From Halogeometricum borinquense DSM 11551 (lineage in GTDB: Archaea; Halobacteriota; Halobacteria; Halobacteriales; Haloferacaceae), in assembly GCF_000172995.2 (NCBI RefSeq), contig NC_014732.1, forward strand, positions 150,001 through 182,000: a stretch of 32,000 nt of DNA. Reading direction: 5' to 3'. A program made the position numbers and the translations under genes. This document shows, one piece after another, positions 9,300 through 18,172 of the stretch; the first letter of the stretch is position 1, and every line of letters begins with the position of its first letter. The notes below the pieces were generated by a model that saw nothing but the letters and a program-made list of their open reading frames with translations, searched no databases and was not told the DNA's origin.

Positions 9300-10025
9300 T
9301 CACTGAAAGTAAGACATCGACTCACTGGCGTGTTCGACGGTCTCGTAGGTGTCCGGTGCGTCCTCATACTCGTAGATCAGCCACTCGATGTCGTACTCTC
9401 TTACAGCCGAGGCGACGCCGGCGAGATCAAGGTCTCCCTCGCCGACTTTCGCGGGGCTCCCGGTTTCGGTGTCGTAGTCCTTGACGTGCAGGAGGTCGAT
9501 GCGGTCGGCGTAGGATTCAACAAGTGAGAGCGGTTCCGCACCGGCAGCGCCAGCCCATCCGAGATCGAGTTCGAGACCGACCTCCGGTGCGTTCTCAGCT
9601 AAGATTTCGAGCGCGTACTCGTCATCGAGTGTGACGAACTCGTGGTCGTGGTTGTGATAGTGCAAACTGTAACCGCGCTGGTCAAGCTTGGCTGCAATCG
9701 CTGAGAGGCGTTCGGCTAGTGCCTCGATTGTCTCGTGCGTCTCGAAGTGTTTCGGGTCGGCCCACGGAACGACGAACGTCTCGATGCCAAGCTGGCTCCA
9801 CACATCGACAGTCTCCGCGAAGTTGTCTTCGAGAGATTCGAGTCCGACGTGAACGCCCGCCACTCCGAGATCCGTTCGGTCGAGCGTATCGGCGATGTCG
9901 TCGGCTTCGTCGAGACGAAAGAACTCGACACCGTCGAGATCGGTTTCGGCCACATGTTCGAGAATCGTCGCGGTATCGTCGTCCAGTTCGTGAACCGAGT
10001 ATAGCTGAATAGCTATCTGTGCCAT
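9300..10025 (-). CDS. Sugar phosphate isomerase/epimerase (xylose-isomerase-like TIM barrel)
   Basis: The ORF track runs to 10055. The likely start is ATG 10025 (MAQIAIQLYSV...). Typical AP-endonuclease-2/TIM-barrel blocks are present: IQLYSV, GVEF, YHNHDHEF, LELDLGW, LLHVKD. Confidence 0.85.
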   Translation of the reverse strand: MAQIAIQLYSVHELDDDTATILEHVAETDLDGVEFFRLDEADDIADTLDRTDLGVAGVHVGLESLEDNFAETVDVWSQLGIETFVVPWADPKHFETHETIEALAERLSAIAAKLDQRGYSLHYHNHDHEFVTLDDEYALEILAENAPEVGLELDLGWAGAAGAEPLSLVESYADRIDLLHVKDYDTETGSPAKVGEGDLDLAGVASAVREYDIEWLIYEYEDAPDTYETVEHASESMSYFQ

Positions 10026-10051
10026 GCGTATGCTCTCTATCTGCTCGTACT

Positions 10052-10519
10052 TCACTGCCGCTTGTCGAATGTGACGGTCACGTAGCCGCCGAAGTTGAGG
10101 ATGACGTTCTGTGCGAAATCACCGAACAGCGCCTTTCCGGTCGGCGAACGCGACTCCCCGACGATGAAAGCGTGGTCACAGTCGTGTGCTGCGCCCGTCT
10201 CGATGAGGCGGTCTGCGCGTCTCTTGTCCGACGTTACCGAGACGGCGACGTTGAAATCGACATCGAACTCTTCGAGCACTACCTCCGCTAGCTCTCGGGT
10301 GTTTGCCGTTACTGCCTCCGTCACCTCGTCGGCCGTGTAGTTGACGTTCTCGATGTTGCCGATCGTCTCTAGCGTCTCGATCTCCTGCTCGTACGTTTTC
10401 TCGTCGAGAAATCGCAACAGTAACAGTTCGGCATCGGCACTTTCGGCGTGCTCGGCGGCCTCACATAACAGTTCTCGATGCGATTCGGTGTCGTCGATAG
10501 TGACCACTCCACGGTCCAT
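10052..10519 (-). CDS. Universal stress protein (UspA family)
   Basis: The ORF track start at 10555 is a GTG. ATG 10519 (MDRGVVTIDD...) sits ~25-30 nt downstream of a TATA-like TTTATATT, suggesting a leaderless mRNA. The C-terminal ...IVGESRSPTGKALFGDFAQNVILNFGGYVTV resembles the USP nucleotide-binding G-x2-G-x9-G region. Confidence 0.8.
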   Translation of the reverse strand: MDRGVVTIDDTESHRELLCEAAEHAESADAELLLLRFLDEKTYEQEIETLETIGNIENVNYTADEVTEAVTANTRELAEVVLEEFDVDFNVAVSVTSDKRRADRLIETGAAHDCDHAFIVGESRSPTGKALFGDFAQNVILNFGGYVTVTFDKRQ

Positions 10520-10630
10520 GCTACCAACGATTTGTTGAATTGAATATAAATCCACCGGGTGAGCGAAGAACGACCGCCAGCGTCGTGATTCCGTCGTGAG
10601 ATATCACGATAGCGGTCGGGTGCTGTGCGG

Positions 10631-11731
10631 CTAGTCGTCGGCCGTGATCGCCGCTTCGTCTGCTTCGAGTTCCGGGCTGTTCCAGTACTCGTGGTCGTCG
10701 TGCATGCGGAAGCAGGTGACCGACTGATCGCCGACCGTTGTCGCCGCCGGATGCTGCTGCTTGCAGACTGCACGTGCCTCGGGGCACCGCGTGTGGAATC
10801 GACACCCAGCGGGTGGATTCACCGGATCTGGGATGTCGATTTTCCGCATCGGCAGGCGACCGGTCTTACGCTCCGAGAGGTTCGGCGTCGCCCAGCGTAA
10901 CACCTTCGTATACGGGTGTTGTGGATCGTTGATGACATCCTCTGCAGGGCCGAACTCTGCGAGTTCACCGAGATACATCACGCCGATTTTCCCGCCGCCG
11001 TGCTGGCTGAAGTACCGGGCGTTCGAGAGATCGTGCGAGATGAACACGTACGACGTTCCGAACTCCTCTTGCAGATCGAGCATCAGGTCCATCATCTCGA
11101 CACGGAGCGAAACGTCGAGTGCGCTGATCGCTTCGTCGGCGAGGATCACGTCTGGGTTCATCAACAGCGCTCGGCACAGTGCGACCCGCTGTTGTTCGCC
11201 GCCGGAGAGTTGGTGCGGATACCGCTCGGCGAAGTCAGCCGCCGGATTCATTCCGACGCGTTCGAGAAGCGAATAGATTCGTTCGCGCTTCTCACCTGCG
11301 CTGAGTTCCGGGTGCGTCTGCCGAAGCGGTTCCGAGAGGATTGCAATCAACCGGCGGTTGGGGTTCAGTGAACTCCCCGGATCCTGATGGATAATCTGCA
11401 GTGACGTTCGCACGTCCTTCCAATCGATATTCGCGTCGCTCGTGCCGTCTCGGATCTCCCACATGTCGTGGCCACGGTAGTTGATCGTCCCACCAGTTGG
11501 TCTCTGCAGGCCGATAACGCTCTTTCCGAGCGTGGTTTTTCCGCACCCGCTCTCTCCGACGAGCGAGATAACGTCGTTCTCCTCGACATCGAAGCTGACG
11601 CCATCGACGGCACGAACGACGCGTGGATCGGAACCGAAGTCGAAGAGTCCACGCTCGTTCTCGAAATGCACTTCGACGTCGCGGAGCGAAATCAGCGGTT
11701 CTTCTCGAGTAGTCGGTCTGGTCTGTCTCAT
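10631..11731 (-). CDS. ABC transporter ATP-binding protein (OppF/DppF type)
   Basis: Walker A is GESGCGKTT, the signature is LSGGEQQRVALCRAL, Walker B is VILADEAISALD and the H-loop is ISHD. The C-terminal extension carries C-x5-C-x6-C...C. Confidence 0.95.
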   Translation of the reverse strand: MRQTRPTTREEPLISLRDVEVHFENERGLFDFGSDPRVVRAVDGVSFDVEENDVISLVGESGCGKTTLGKSVIGLQRPTGGTINYRGHDMWEIRDGTSDANIDWKDVRTSLQIIHQDPGSSLNPNRRLIAILSEPLRQTHPELSAGEKRERIYSLLERVGMNPAADFAERYPHQLSGGEQQRVALCRALLMNPDVILADEAISALDVSLRVEMMDLMLDLQEEFGTSYVFISHDLSNARYFSQHGGGKIGVMYLGELAEFGPAEDVINDPQHPYTKVLRWATPNLSERKTGRLPMRKIDIPDPVNPPAGCRFHTRCPEARAVCKQQHPAATTVGDQSVTCFRMHDDHEYWNSPELEADEAAITADD

Positions 11732-12813
11732 CAGTCGTCACCTCGTGCGGGGGTGTTGGGGTTTGCGCTGACTGAGGCTTTGTAGTTCAGTTCGATATCG
11801 TCGCGGGCTTGTTGCCAGTGGAAGCACGCGGTTCCATGGGCTTCACCCGTGTCGTGGAAGTGCGGATCCACACTGCGGCACTGTTCGTCCGCGAGCGGAC
11901 ACCGCGGATGGTACGAACACCCGCTTGGGACGTTGATCGGTGCGGGACTTTGGCCCGCTATCGGACGCATCTCTTCGAGCGGCGCGTCGAGATTCGGTGT
12001 CGAGTTCAGTAGCGCCCGAGTGTACGGGTGGGCCGCGTGGTCGATTATTTCGTCGGTTGGGCCCGCCTCGACAAGATCGAATGCGTACATAATGGCCATT
12101 CGGTCGGCCAGCGCCGCGACGAGCGGCAGGTCGTGGGTGATAAACACCATCGTCAGATCGTACTTCTCTTTTAGGTCTTCGAGCAACAGCAGTATCGAGC
12201 GCTGCATCAGCAGGTCGAGCGCCGCAGTCGGTTCGTCCATCACCAAGATGTCGGGTTCGAGGACGATGCTCAACGCGATCAGCGCACGCTGTTGCATCCC
12301 GCCACTCAACTCGTGGGGATACGAATCGAGAACGCGCTCCGGGTCGAGATAGACGTCCGCCAGTGCTTCCCGTGCCCGACTCATTCCCGCTTTGACGTCG
12401 GCATCGTGCGCCTGAATCGTCTCGCGGAAGTGCGCGCCGACCTTCATCGTGGGATTGAATGAACTCATCGCTCCCTGGAAGACCATCGAAATCTGCTCCC
12501 AGCGCATCGACCGCAACTCGTTTTTGTTGAGTTCGAGAATGTCGATGTCGGTGTCAGAATCGGGACGGTAGATAATTTCGCCCTGTAGCACGCCGGGATC
12601 GGGAATCGCATCGAGCATCGCCTCCGCGAGCATCGACTTGCCGGACCCGCTTTCGCCGACGATACCGAGGATTTCCCCCCGCCCGAGGTCGAGACTGACG
12701 TCGTTGAGAACGAACGAGTTCCCCTCGTCGAACGTGACTGACGCGTTCCGAAGCGAGAGGATTGGATCATCGACCGACAGACTGCCATCGAGTTCTTCCC
12801 GTTGGTTCGCCAT
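11731..12813 (-). CDS. ABC transporter ATP-binding protein (OppD/DppD type)
   Basis: Walker A is GESGSGKS, the signature is LSGGMQQRALIALS, Walker B is ILVMDEPTAALD and the H-loop is ITHD. A C-terminal C-x5-C-x6-C...C motif is present. There are 1-nt stop/start overlaps with both neighbours. Confidence 0.95.
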   Translation of the reverse strand: MANQREELDGSLSVDDPILSLRNASVTFDEGNSFVLNDVSLDLGRGEILGIVGESGSGKSMLAEAMLDAIPDPGVLQGEIIYRPDSDTDIDILELNKNELRSMRWEQISMVFQGAMSSFNPTMKVGAHFRETIQAHDADVKAGMSRAREALADVYLDPERVLDSYPHELSGGMQQRALIALSIVLEPDILVMDEPTAALDLLMQRSILLLLEDLKEKYDLTMVFITHDLPLVAALADRMAIMYAFDLVEAGPTDEIIDHAAHPYTRALLNSTPNLDAPLEEMRPIAGQSPAPINVPSGCSYHPRCPLADEQCRSVDPHFHDTGEAHGTACFHWQQARDDIELNYKASVSANPNTPARGDD

Positions 12814-13892
12814 CAGGTTAGCACCCCCGTGACGGTGTCCTCTTCGTCGCCTTCTGCGGTCGATGTGGACTCACCGGCGAGACGTGTCCGAACGCGCGGG
12901 TTGAACACGCGGTCGAGACCCTGCGCGAGAAGGATCATCGCAAGCGAGAGGCCCATGATTGCGACCATCGGAGCGATCAACCAGTAAGCGAGCGACGGGA
13001 GATAAAGCGCACCGCCGGTCGTGTAGGCGAGATTCAGCGTGACACCCCAGTTCAGCGTCGAGAACGGGAGAATCCCGAGGAAGTACAACCCGACGGAGGC
13101 GAAGATCACGTACCGCGCAGCGTTGACGAAACTGACGAGTACGTACGGCATGAGGTTCGGGATGATATCTTTCGTCAGGATACGAGTCGTACTGACTCCC
13201 ATCGTCCGCGAGGCTTCGACGTAGGAATTTCCGCGGATGGTCAGAACTTGCGAGCGGATCGCACGACCGAGGCCTGCCCAGTAGTTGATGGTGATGAGGA
13301 TCCCGATCAGTATCGGATTCTCGGGACTGAAGACGACCGCGAGAACCATGATAAGCGGAAGTCCGGGGATGGACATCGCAACGTCGGAGGCCGAGGTCAG
13401 CAGACGGTCGATTGATCCGCCTTTGTACCCCGCGACAGTTCCGATCACGAGCGCGATGCCCGTCGCCCAGATACCGCCGGCCGTCACCATAATCAGCATA
13501 TCCGGCGTCGCGTGAATGATAAGCGCCGCAAGGTCTTGTCCGGTCGCGGTGGTCCCCAACGGATAGTTCAAGTTCTGGAGCGGTGGAACGAATCGCGGAG
13601 CCTGATTCGTCGATGGATATCGCCAGACCCACGCACCGACCGTTCCCATGAGGATGTAGACGACGAGGAGAAGCGACCCGATTCGCGTCCGCCAATCGCT
13701 CCACGCGACGAGTCCCGGTTTGTAGATGAACTCTTCGTAGAACTCGCTGAGACGCTCGCGTCGGCTGGTCTCGACGCTAGAGCTAGTTTCGAAGGTGAAC
13801 TCACTTCCGTCAACTGTGTCTGTGTCAGTATGTTTCACTAGAATCACCTGCGCTAACGCGGGGATCGATGATGCCGTACGTGAGATCCGCAA
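12813..13892 (-). CDS. ABC transporter permease (OppC/DppC type)
   Basis: Polytopic, with an EAA-like segment ...YVEASRTMGVSTTRILTKDIIPNLMPYV... and an acidic tail. The start is uncertain: ATG 13892 overlaps the upstream gene by 68 nt, while a GTG at 13838 would give a shorter overlap. Confidence 0.88.
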   Translation of the reverse strand: MRISRTASSIPALAQVILVKHTDTDTVDGSEFTFETSSSVETSRRERLSEFYEEFIYKPGLVAWSDWRTRIGSLLLVVYILMGTVGAWVWRYPSTNQAPRFVPPLQNLNYPLGTTATGQDLAALIIHATPDMLIMVTAGGIWATGIALVIGTVAGYKGGSIDRLLTSASDVAMSIPGLPLIMVLAVVFSPENPILIGILITINYWAGLGRAIRSQVLTIRGNSYVEASRTMGVSTTRILTKDIIPNLMPYVLVSFVNAARYVIFASVGLYFLGILPFSTLNWGVTLNLAYTTGGALYLPSLAYWLIAPMVAIMGLSLAMILLAQGLDRVFNPRVRTRLAGESTSTAEGDEEDTVTGVLT

Positions 13893-14829
13893 TGTAGACT
13901 GCGAAGACGAGCGCCGTGGTGATGATGAGGAAGATGCCCATCATCAACGGGTAGTCTCGCGCCTGCAACGCGTTGAACATGTACCAGCCCACACCGGGAT
14001 ATTTGAAGACGCGTTCGAGGATAACCGAGCCACCGAGGTTGAATCCGATGAGTGTGAGAAACGACGTGTACATCGGGAGAATCGCGTTTCGAGCCACATA
14101 CCGAAGCGAGATGCGGTTATCCGAGAGGCCACGAAGGCGGGCGACGCGGACGTAATCCTCACCGAGAATCTGGATACTGTTACCACGCATCGTCAGCGCC
14201 TGCACGCCCGCCTGCGTGATGACGATGGAGATAATCGGAAGCATTGCGTGTTTGAGAGCCGAGACGAAGAACGTCAGCGACAGTTCGGGGTCCACGCCCG
14301 ACGCGACTTGGCCGCCGGTCGGGAAGACGTTGAGCTGATAGCCAAGAATGTAGACGAGTACGATGCCGAGAATGTAGAAGGGGAGCGACGACAGGATGAT
14401 CGACGTGACGCTCATCGCGGAGTCGAACCGTGATCCCTCTTTGTAAGCCTGCAACGCGCCGATCACCACACCCACTGCGAACATGAGGATCGTCGCCGTG
14501 ACCATCACGAAGATAGTCCAGGGGAGTGCCTCGGCGATGATGCTGGTAACCGTCCGGTCGTACGTCATTGACTTGCCGAGGTCCCCTTGTAAGAAGCTCA
14601 TCAGGTAGTCGAAATACTGGATATACACCGGTTGATCCAACTGCACGTTCTGATACACCGAGACCAGTTCGTTCACCTGATCGGACGGAATGCCCTGCCG
14701 AAGGAGTTTCGCGCGAATCCGAGTCAGCGGTCCGCCGGGGAGGAGCCGAATCATGCCGAACGTGAGAGTGATCACTAACCAAACTGTTAGGATCGCACGG
14801 CCGGTTCGTTTGAGATAGTACGAGTTCAT
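13825..14829 (-). CDS. ABC transporter permease (OppB/DppB type)
   Basis: 334 aa. The N-terminus MNSYYLKRTGRAILTVWLVITLTF...LPGGP is typical. The EAA-loop is ...YVRVARLRGLSDNRISLRYVARNAILP... Confidence 0.95.
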   Translation of the reverse strand: MNSYYLKRTGRAILTVWLVITLTFGMIRLLPGGPLTRIRAKLLRQGIPSDQVNELVSVYQNVQLDQPVYIQYFDYLMSFLQGDLGKSMTYDRTVTSIIAEALPWTIFVMVTATILMFAVGVVIGALQAYKEGSRFDSAMSVTSIILSSLPFYILGIVLVYILGYQLNVFPTGGQVASGVDPELSLTFFVSALKHAMLPIISIVITQAGVQALTMRGNSIQILGEDYVRVARLRGLSDNRISLRYVARNAILPMYTSFLTLIGFNLGGSVILERVFKYPGVGWYMFNALQARDYPLMMGIFLIITTALVFAVYIADLTYGIIDPRVSAGDSSETY

Positions 14830-14860
14830 GTGTTTCAGTAGCGTTGATGAGGTTGCTCCG

Positions 14861-16702
14861 TTACTCTCCTGCGTACGTCATGTCCCCTTGGCGGGGGAGC
14901 CAACTGCACGGCCATTTGGCGCTGTATTTGTCAGAACCTTCCGGCGGGAGATTCCATCCCTTACTACTGATCCACGATTGATTCTGTTTCTCGGCGATGG
15001 GAAGCATCGGAAGCTCCTGGTTTGCGACCCATGCGAGGTCGCGGATTTGAGTTCTCACTTTCTCTTCGTCAATCGTCTGTGCCAGTTGTTTGACCGCCGG
15101 TTTTAGCTCGACTGTTTCTGTGCCCGATCCGGTGCGTGACGGGACGGTGAGTTCTTCCGTGCCCGAGAAGCCCCACGTAATCGATGAGCCGGAACTCCCC
15201 GAGTACTCGGGGGTGAGTTGATGAGCGATCGGGAAGTACGGGAATGCCGAACGAGCGCCACCGGGCAACCAGTAGAACGAAGCCAGTGTGAAGTTCCCGT
15301 TGGACCAATCTTTCAACACCGTTCCGAAGTCCTTCGAGACGAGAGAGGAGTTGAAGCCAAAGGAGCTGAGTTGGTCGGCGGCGGTCTGCGCCGCGGTAAC
15401 CCAGTCACTCCAGCCGCTGGGGACGAGAATGGGCAACTCGACGACACTGCCGCTGCTGTCTTTCCACTGACCGCCCTCCTTAGTGAGTCCGGCTTCCTCG
15501 AACTTCGCCTCGGCCTTGCTCGTCATCGTCTTGTCTGCACCGTAGGATTCGAACGTATCGATTTCGTCCCCGAGATACCGCTCCTGTTGGCTGGCGGCGA
15601 TTGCCGTCGGTATCTCCGGGTAAATCTTCGAGTTCGGCGCTGCGTTGTTGACGATCTGTTTGCGGTTCAGGACGTACATGATTCCCTGCCGCATCTCCCG
15701 TTTGCCGAGGGGGGATTTGTTGTAGTTCGGCGCGAGACCGTATCCCCAGTTTGACGGGGGCTTCCCGACGCGCCAGTGGTCCGGAAGCTGATCAACGATA
15801 CGCGAGGGCGTAAACAGGGTATAAGCCGCATCAACTTTCCCTGATAAGAGCGCTTGCCACGTGGCCTGATTCCCGCCGGTGTAGTTCGACCGGTACCGTT
15901 CGAAGTTGATATTCTCCGCGTCGGGATGATCCGGATTACGGGTGTAGATCGCCTGCTGTTTGTCTGCGGACTGTTTCTCGAATGCCCCGCAACCGAGCGG
16001 ATCGGTCGGCGCGAACTCAGTGAGTTCCGCAATCGCCTTGTTCTCCTCCTCTTCGGACTCCGCTTCTTGAATTTTCTTCAGGTACTCTCCGTAGACGCTG
16101 TGCGGCACCGACGTGTAGTTGTACGCGATGGTGTGCTTGACGATAGTCGGATTCGTTTCCTGTGCGAGATTGATCACGAGTTTCGTATCGCCATCCATCT
16201 CGACCGACTCAGCGTACTGCCAGAGTTCCCCGCCGGTGTACTTCTGGAGTTCGAACTGCGTCTTGATGTCTCGCGACGTGACCGGGTCCCCGTTGAACCA
16301 CGTCAGTCCGTCACGAATCGTGATCGTCGCCTGCTCGGGTTCGACTGTCCAGTCGGAGATTGCGTAGTGAATGAACTCGCCCTTCGCGTAGTTGAACTGC
16401 ACGAAAAGGTCGAATACGTAATCGAGTCCGATCTGCGTGTAGTTGTTGGGATTGTACGGATTGAACTGGACGTTCTTGGGGATGAGGAAGTTAACGCCGT
16501 CCAGTTCGGCATCGTGAACCGTATCGCTACTACTCGGATCTGTGTTCGAACTCGTTTCACCATTCGTATCCGAGGTCGAACCGTCTTCTTGATCAGTCCC
16601 GCCCGAACAGCCGGCTAACGCGGTTGCTCCGGAGACGCCAGTTAATTCGATGAAACGCCGTCGGCTAACGAGGCTACTATAGTCTGCTTGCTTATTCGCC
16701 AT
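14861..16702 (-). CDS. ABC transporter substrate-binding lipoprotein, family 5, with Ser/Thr/Asp-rich linker
   Basis: The likely start is ATG 16702 (MANKQADYSSLVSRRRFIELTGVSGATALAGCSGG), giving a Tat motif plus lipobox. An S/T/D-rich linker follows (GSTSDTNGETSSNTDPSSSDT). It is the first gene of a 5-gene importer operon on the minus strand. Confidence 0.92.
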   Translation of the reverse strand: MANKQADYSSLVSRRRFIELTGVSGATALAGCSGGTDQEDGSTSDTNGETSSNTDPSSSDTVHDAELDGVNFLIPKNVQFNPYNPNNYTQIGLDYVFDLFVQFNYAKGEFIHYAISDWTVEPEQATITIRDGLTWFNGDPVTSRDIKTQFELQKYTGGELWQYAESVEMDGDTKLVINLAQETNPTIVKHTIAYNYTSVPHSVYGEYLKKIQEAESEEEENKAIAELTEFAPTDPLGCGAFEKQSADKQQAIYTRNPDHPDAENINFERYRSNYTGGNQATWQALLSGKVDAAYTLFTPSRIVDQLPDHWRVGKPPSNWGYGLAPNYNKSPLGKREMRQGIMYVLNRKQIVNNAAPNSKIYPEIPTAIAASQQERYLGDEIDTFESYGADKTMTSKAEAKFEEAGLTKEGGQWKDSSGSVVELPILVPSGWSDWVTAAQTAADQLSSFGFNSSLVSKDFGTVLKDWSNGNFTLASFYWLPGGARSAFPYFPIAHQLTPEYSGSSGSSITWGFSGTEELTVPSRTGSGTETVELKPAVKQLAQTIDEEKVRTQIRDLAWVANQELPMLPIAEKQNQSWISSKGWNLPPEGSDKYSAKWPCSWLPRQGDMTYAGE

Positions 16703-16902
16703 GGTTACACCTACCAATCGAAGCATGGCAAATAAGCATTACGCTAACAGGTCACAATACCATCTCGTTCGTCTCAGCACCTGTCCGCCTTTCGTACGGA
16801 TATTATACGACGAACCCGCTTCGTACGCTCGCCTCACCGGTGAGGTCGTTCCTCGAAAGCCCCGAGGCGAACACTCTTGATGAAGGAGGCAAAGTGAACT
16901 TC

Positions 16903-17154
16903 ATGAAACTGCCTGCGAAGTTCGGCTCTATCGTGTGCGATTACCAAGACCAGTTGCGGATCGGATTCATGCTCGGACTCCTCCTCCTCGTCTTCACGGT
17001 TCTTTCGTTCCCCTTCATCGAACCGGGGACTGCAGCGTACGCAATCATCCGTATCGATTTGATTCTCGTGTTGTTTCTCATCGTTGCCACTGGTGGCGCA
17101 CACTGGTGTTGCATCCGGTACCGACAGCAGGTAGGAGAGTTCTCGACGAGTTGA
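16903..17154 (+). CDS. Small membrane protein, hypothetical
   Basis: The ORF track 16840..17154 starts at a GTG. ATG 16903 (MKLPAKFGSIV...) is more plausible. Two hydrophobic helices are present (IGFMLGLLLLVFTVLSFPFI and AYAIIRIDLILVLFLIVATGGA). Confidence 0.4.
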   Translation: MKLPAKFGSIVCDYQDQLRIGFMLGLLLLVFTVLSFPFIEPGTAAYAIIRIDLILVLFLIVATGGAHWCCIRYRQQVGEFSTS

Positions 17155-17176
17155 TTGACGGGGGCAGACGGTCGTG

Positions 17177-18085
17177 CTATGCCCGTTCACGATCTAGCCA
17201 GTCGGCCGTCCGCACGGCCAGTTCCCGAAGGTCGCCGTTGTCGTACCGTTTTGCTGCGCTACGGAGTGGTTCAACGGCAGTCGCGGAACCGATGTGCCCG
17301 AGCGCCGTTATCGAGCGTGCTGCCACGACCTCGCTTTCACTGTCGAGACACTCGACGAGCGGCGGAACTAACGCCGCCGTGTCAACCGCCTCCATCTGAC
17401 CGATGCGCCCGAGAATCTCTGCGGCACACGCGACAACGTTCAGGTCTTCGGCCGTGAGCGCATCCATGATCGCAGGTGCGTACGGTGCGATAGCGGCCGG
17501 ATCACGGTCGGCAATTTCGATGAGGAGATTCCCCGCGGTCGCTTGGACGCTGTACTGCTGGAACTGCTCACCGTGGCTGACCGCAGCGAACTGCCTTTGA
17601 AGCGGGTCAGCCATCGTCCCGGTGAGTTCTGTCGCCTCGCTGGTCGGGTCAGTGATGTCGGCTCTGAGTGCCTCCAGCAACGGCTCGGGGTGACTGGTGA
17701 ACCACTCGGGATGCTCGGCACCGATTGTCTGGACAGCCTTTGCGGCGAACAGTTGGACTCGTGGGAGGTCGTGAGTCAGCAATGTCGCCAACGTCTCCGT
17801 TGCCTCATTCAGTTCTGTCGGTTGCTGCTGTGCGACGACGTTCAGTACCGTAACCGCTTTCAGCGCGACGTTGACGTTCTCGTCCCGCGCAGCCGTAACA
17901 ATCGCCGGAAGGAGTGGAAGAACCACCTCGACATCTTCATCTGCGAACGTCACACAGACTGCGGCCGCGCGGTCGCGGACGAGATTTTCGTCGTCGGTTA
18001 ACGCCGCCCGTAAGGTGGGAATAGTAACGTCTCCCGGCGAGACGTCGTCCACATCGAGTTCCGTTATCGACTCTGTAGTGCTCAT
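17177..18085 (-). CDS. HEAT-repeat (PBS-lyase HEAT-like) protein
   Basis: The likely start is ATG 18085 (MSTTESITELD...). The protein is acidic and all-helical in appearance, with recurring ~30-aa units ending in A-x-x-(L/V)-G-x-IG-type motifs (AAKAVQTIG, AAEILGRIG, SITALGHIG). Confidence 0.8.
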   Translation of the reverse strand: MSTTESITELDVDDVSPGDVTIPTLRAALTDDENLVRDRAAAVCVTFADEDVEVVLPLLPAIVTAARDENVNVALKAVTVLNVVAQQQPTELNEATETLATLLTHDLPRVQLFAAKAVQTIGAEHPEWFTSHPEPLLEALRADITDPTSEATELTGTMADPLQRQFAAVSHGEQFQQYSVQATAGNLLIEIADRDPAAIAPYAPAIMDALTAEDLNVVACAAEILGRIGQMEAVDTAALVPPLVECLDSESEVVAARSITALGHIGSATAVEPLRSAAKRYDNGDLRELAVRTADWLDRERA

Positions 18086-18172
18086 CGCTCTCTCTGAGAG
18101 AATCGTATCAACCCAAATATAGGTGATGGTCAAATCGGAAGAACAGATGCGAATCGAAAGCGGCCCCGTCGG

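Noticed and set aside
8043-14782. Numerous long antisense or off-frame ORFs across the two ABC operons (e.g. 8043..8582, 8357..8929, 10369..10773, 12871..13704, 14180..14782)
   Set aside because: All overlap strongly supported ABC genes. They encode Arg/Ser/Pro-rich basic products and match no family I know. They are GC-driven shadow ORFs.
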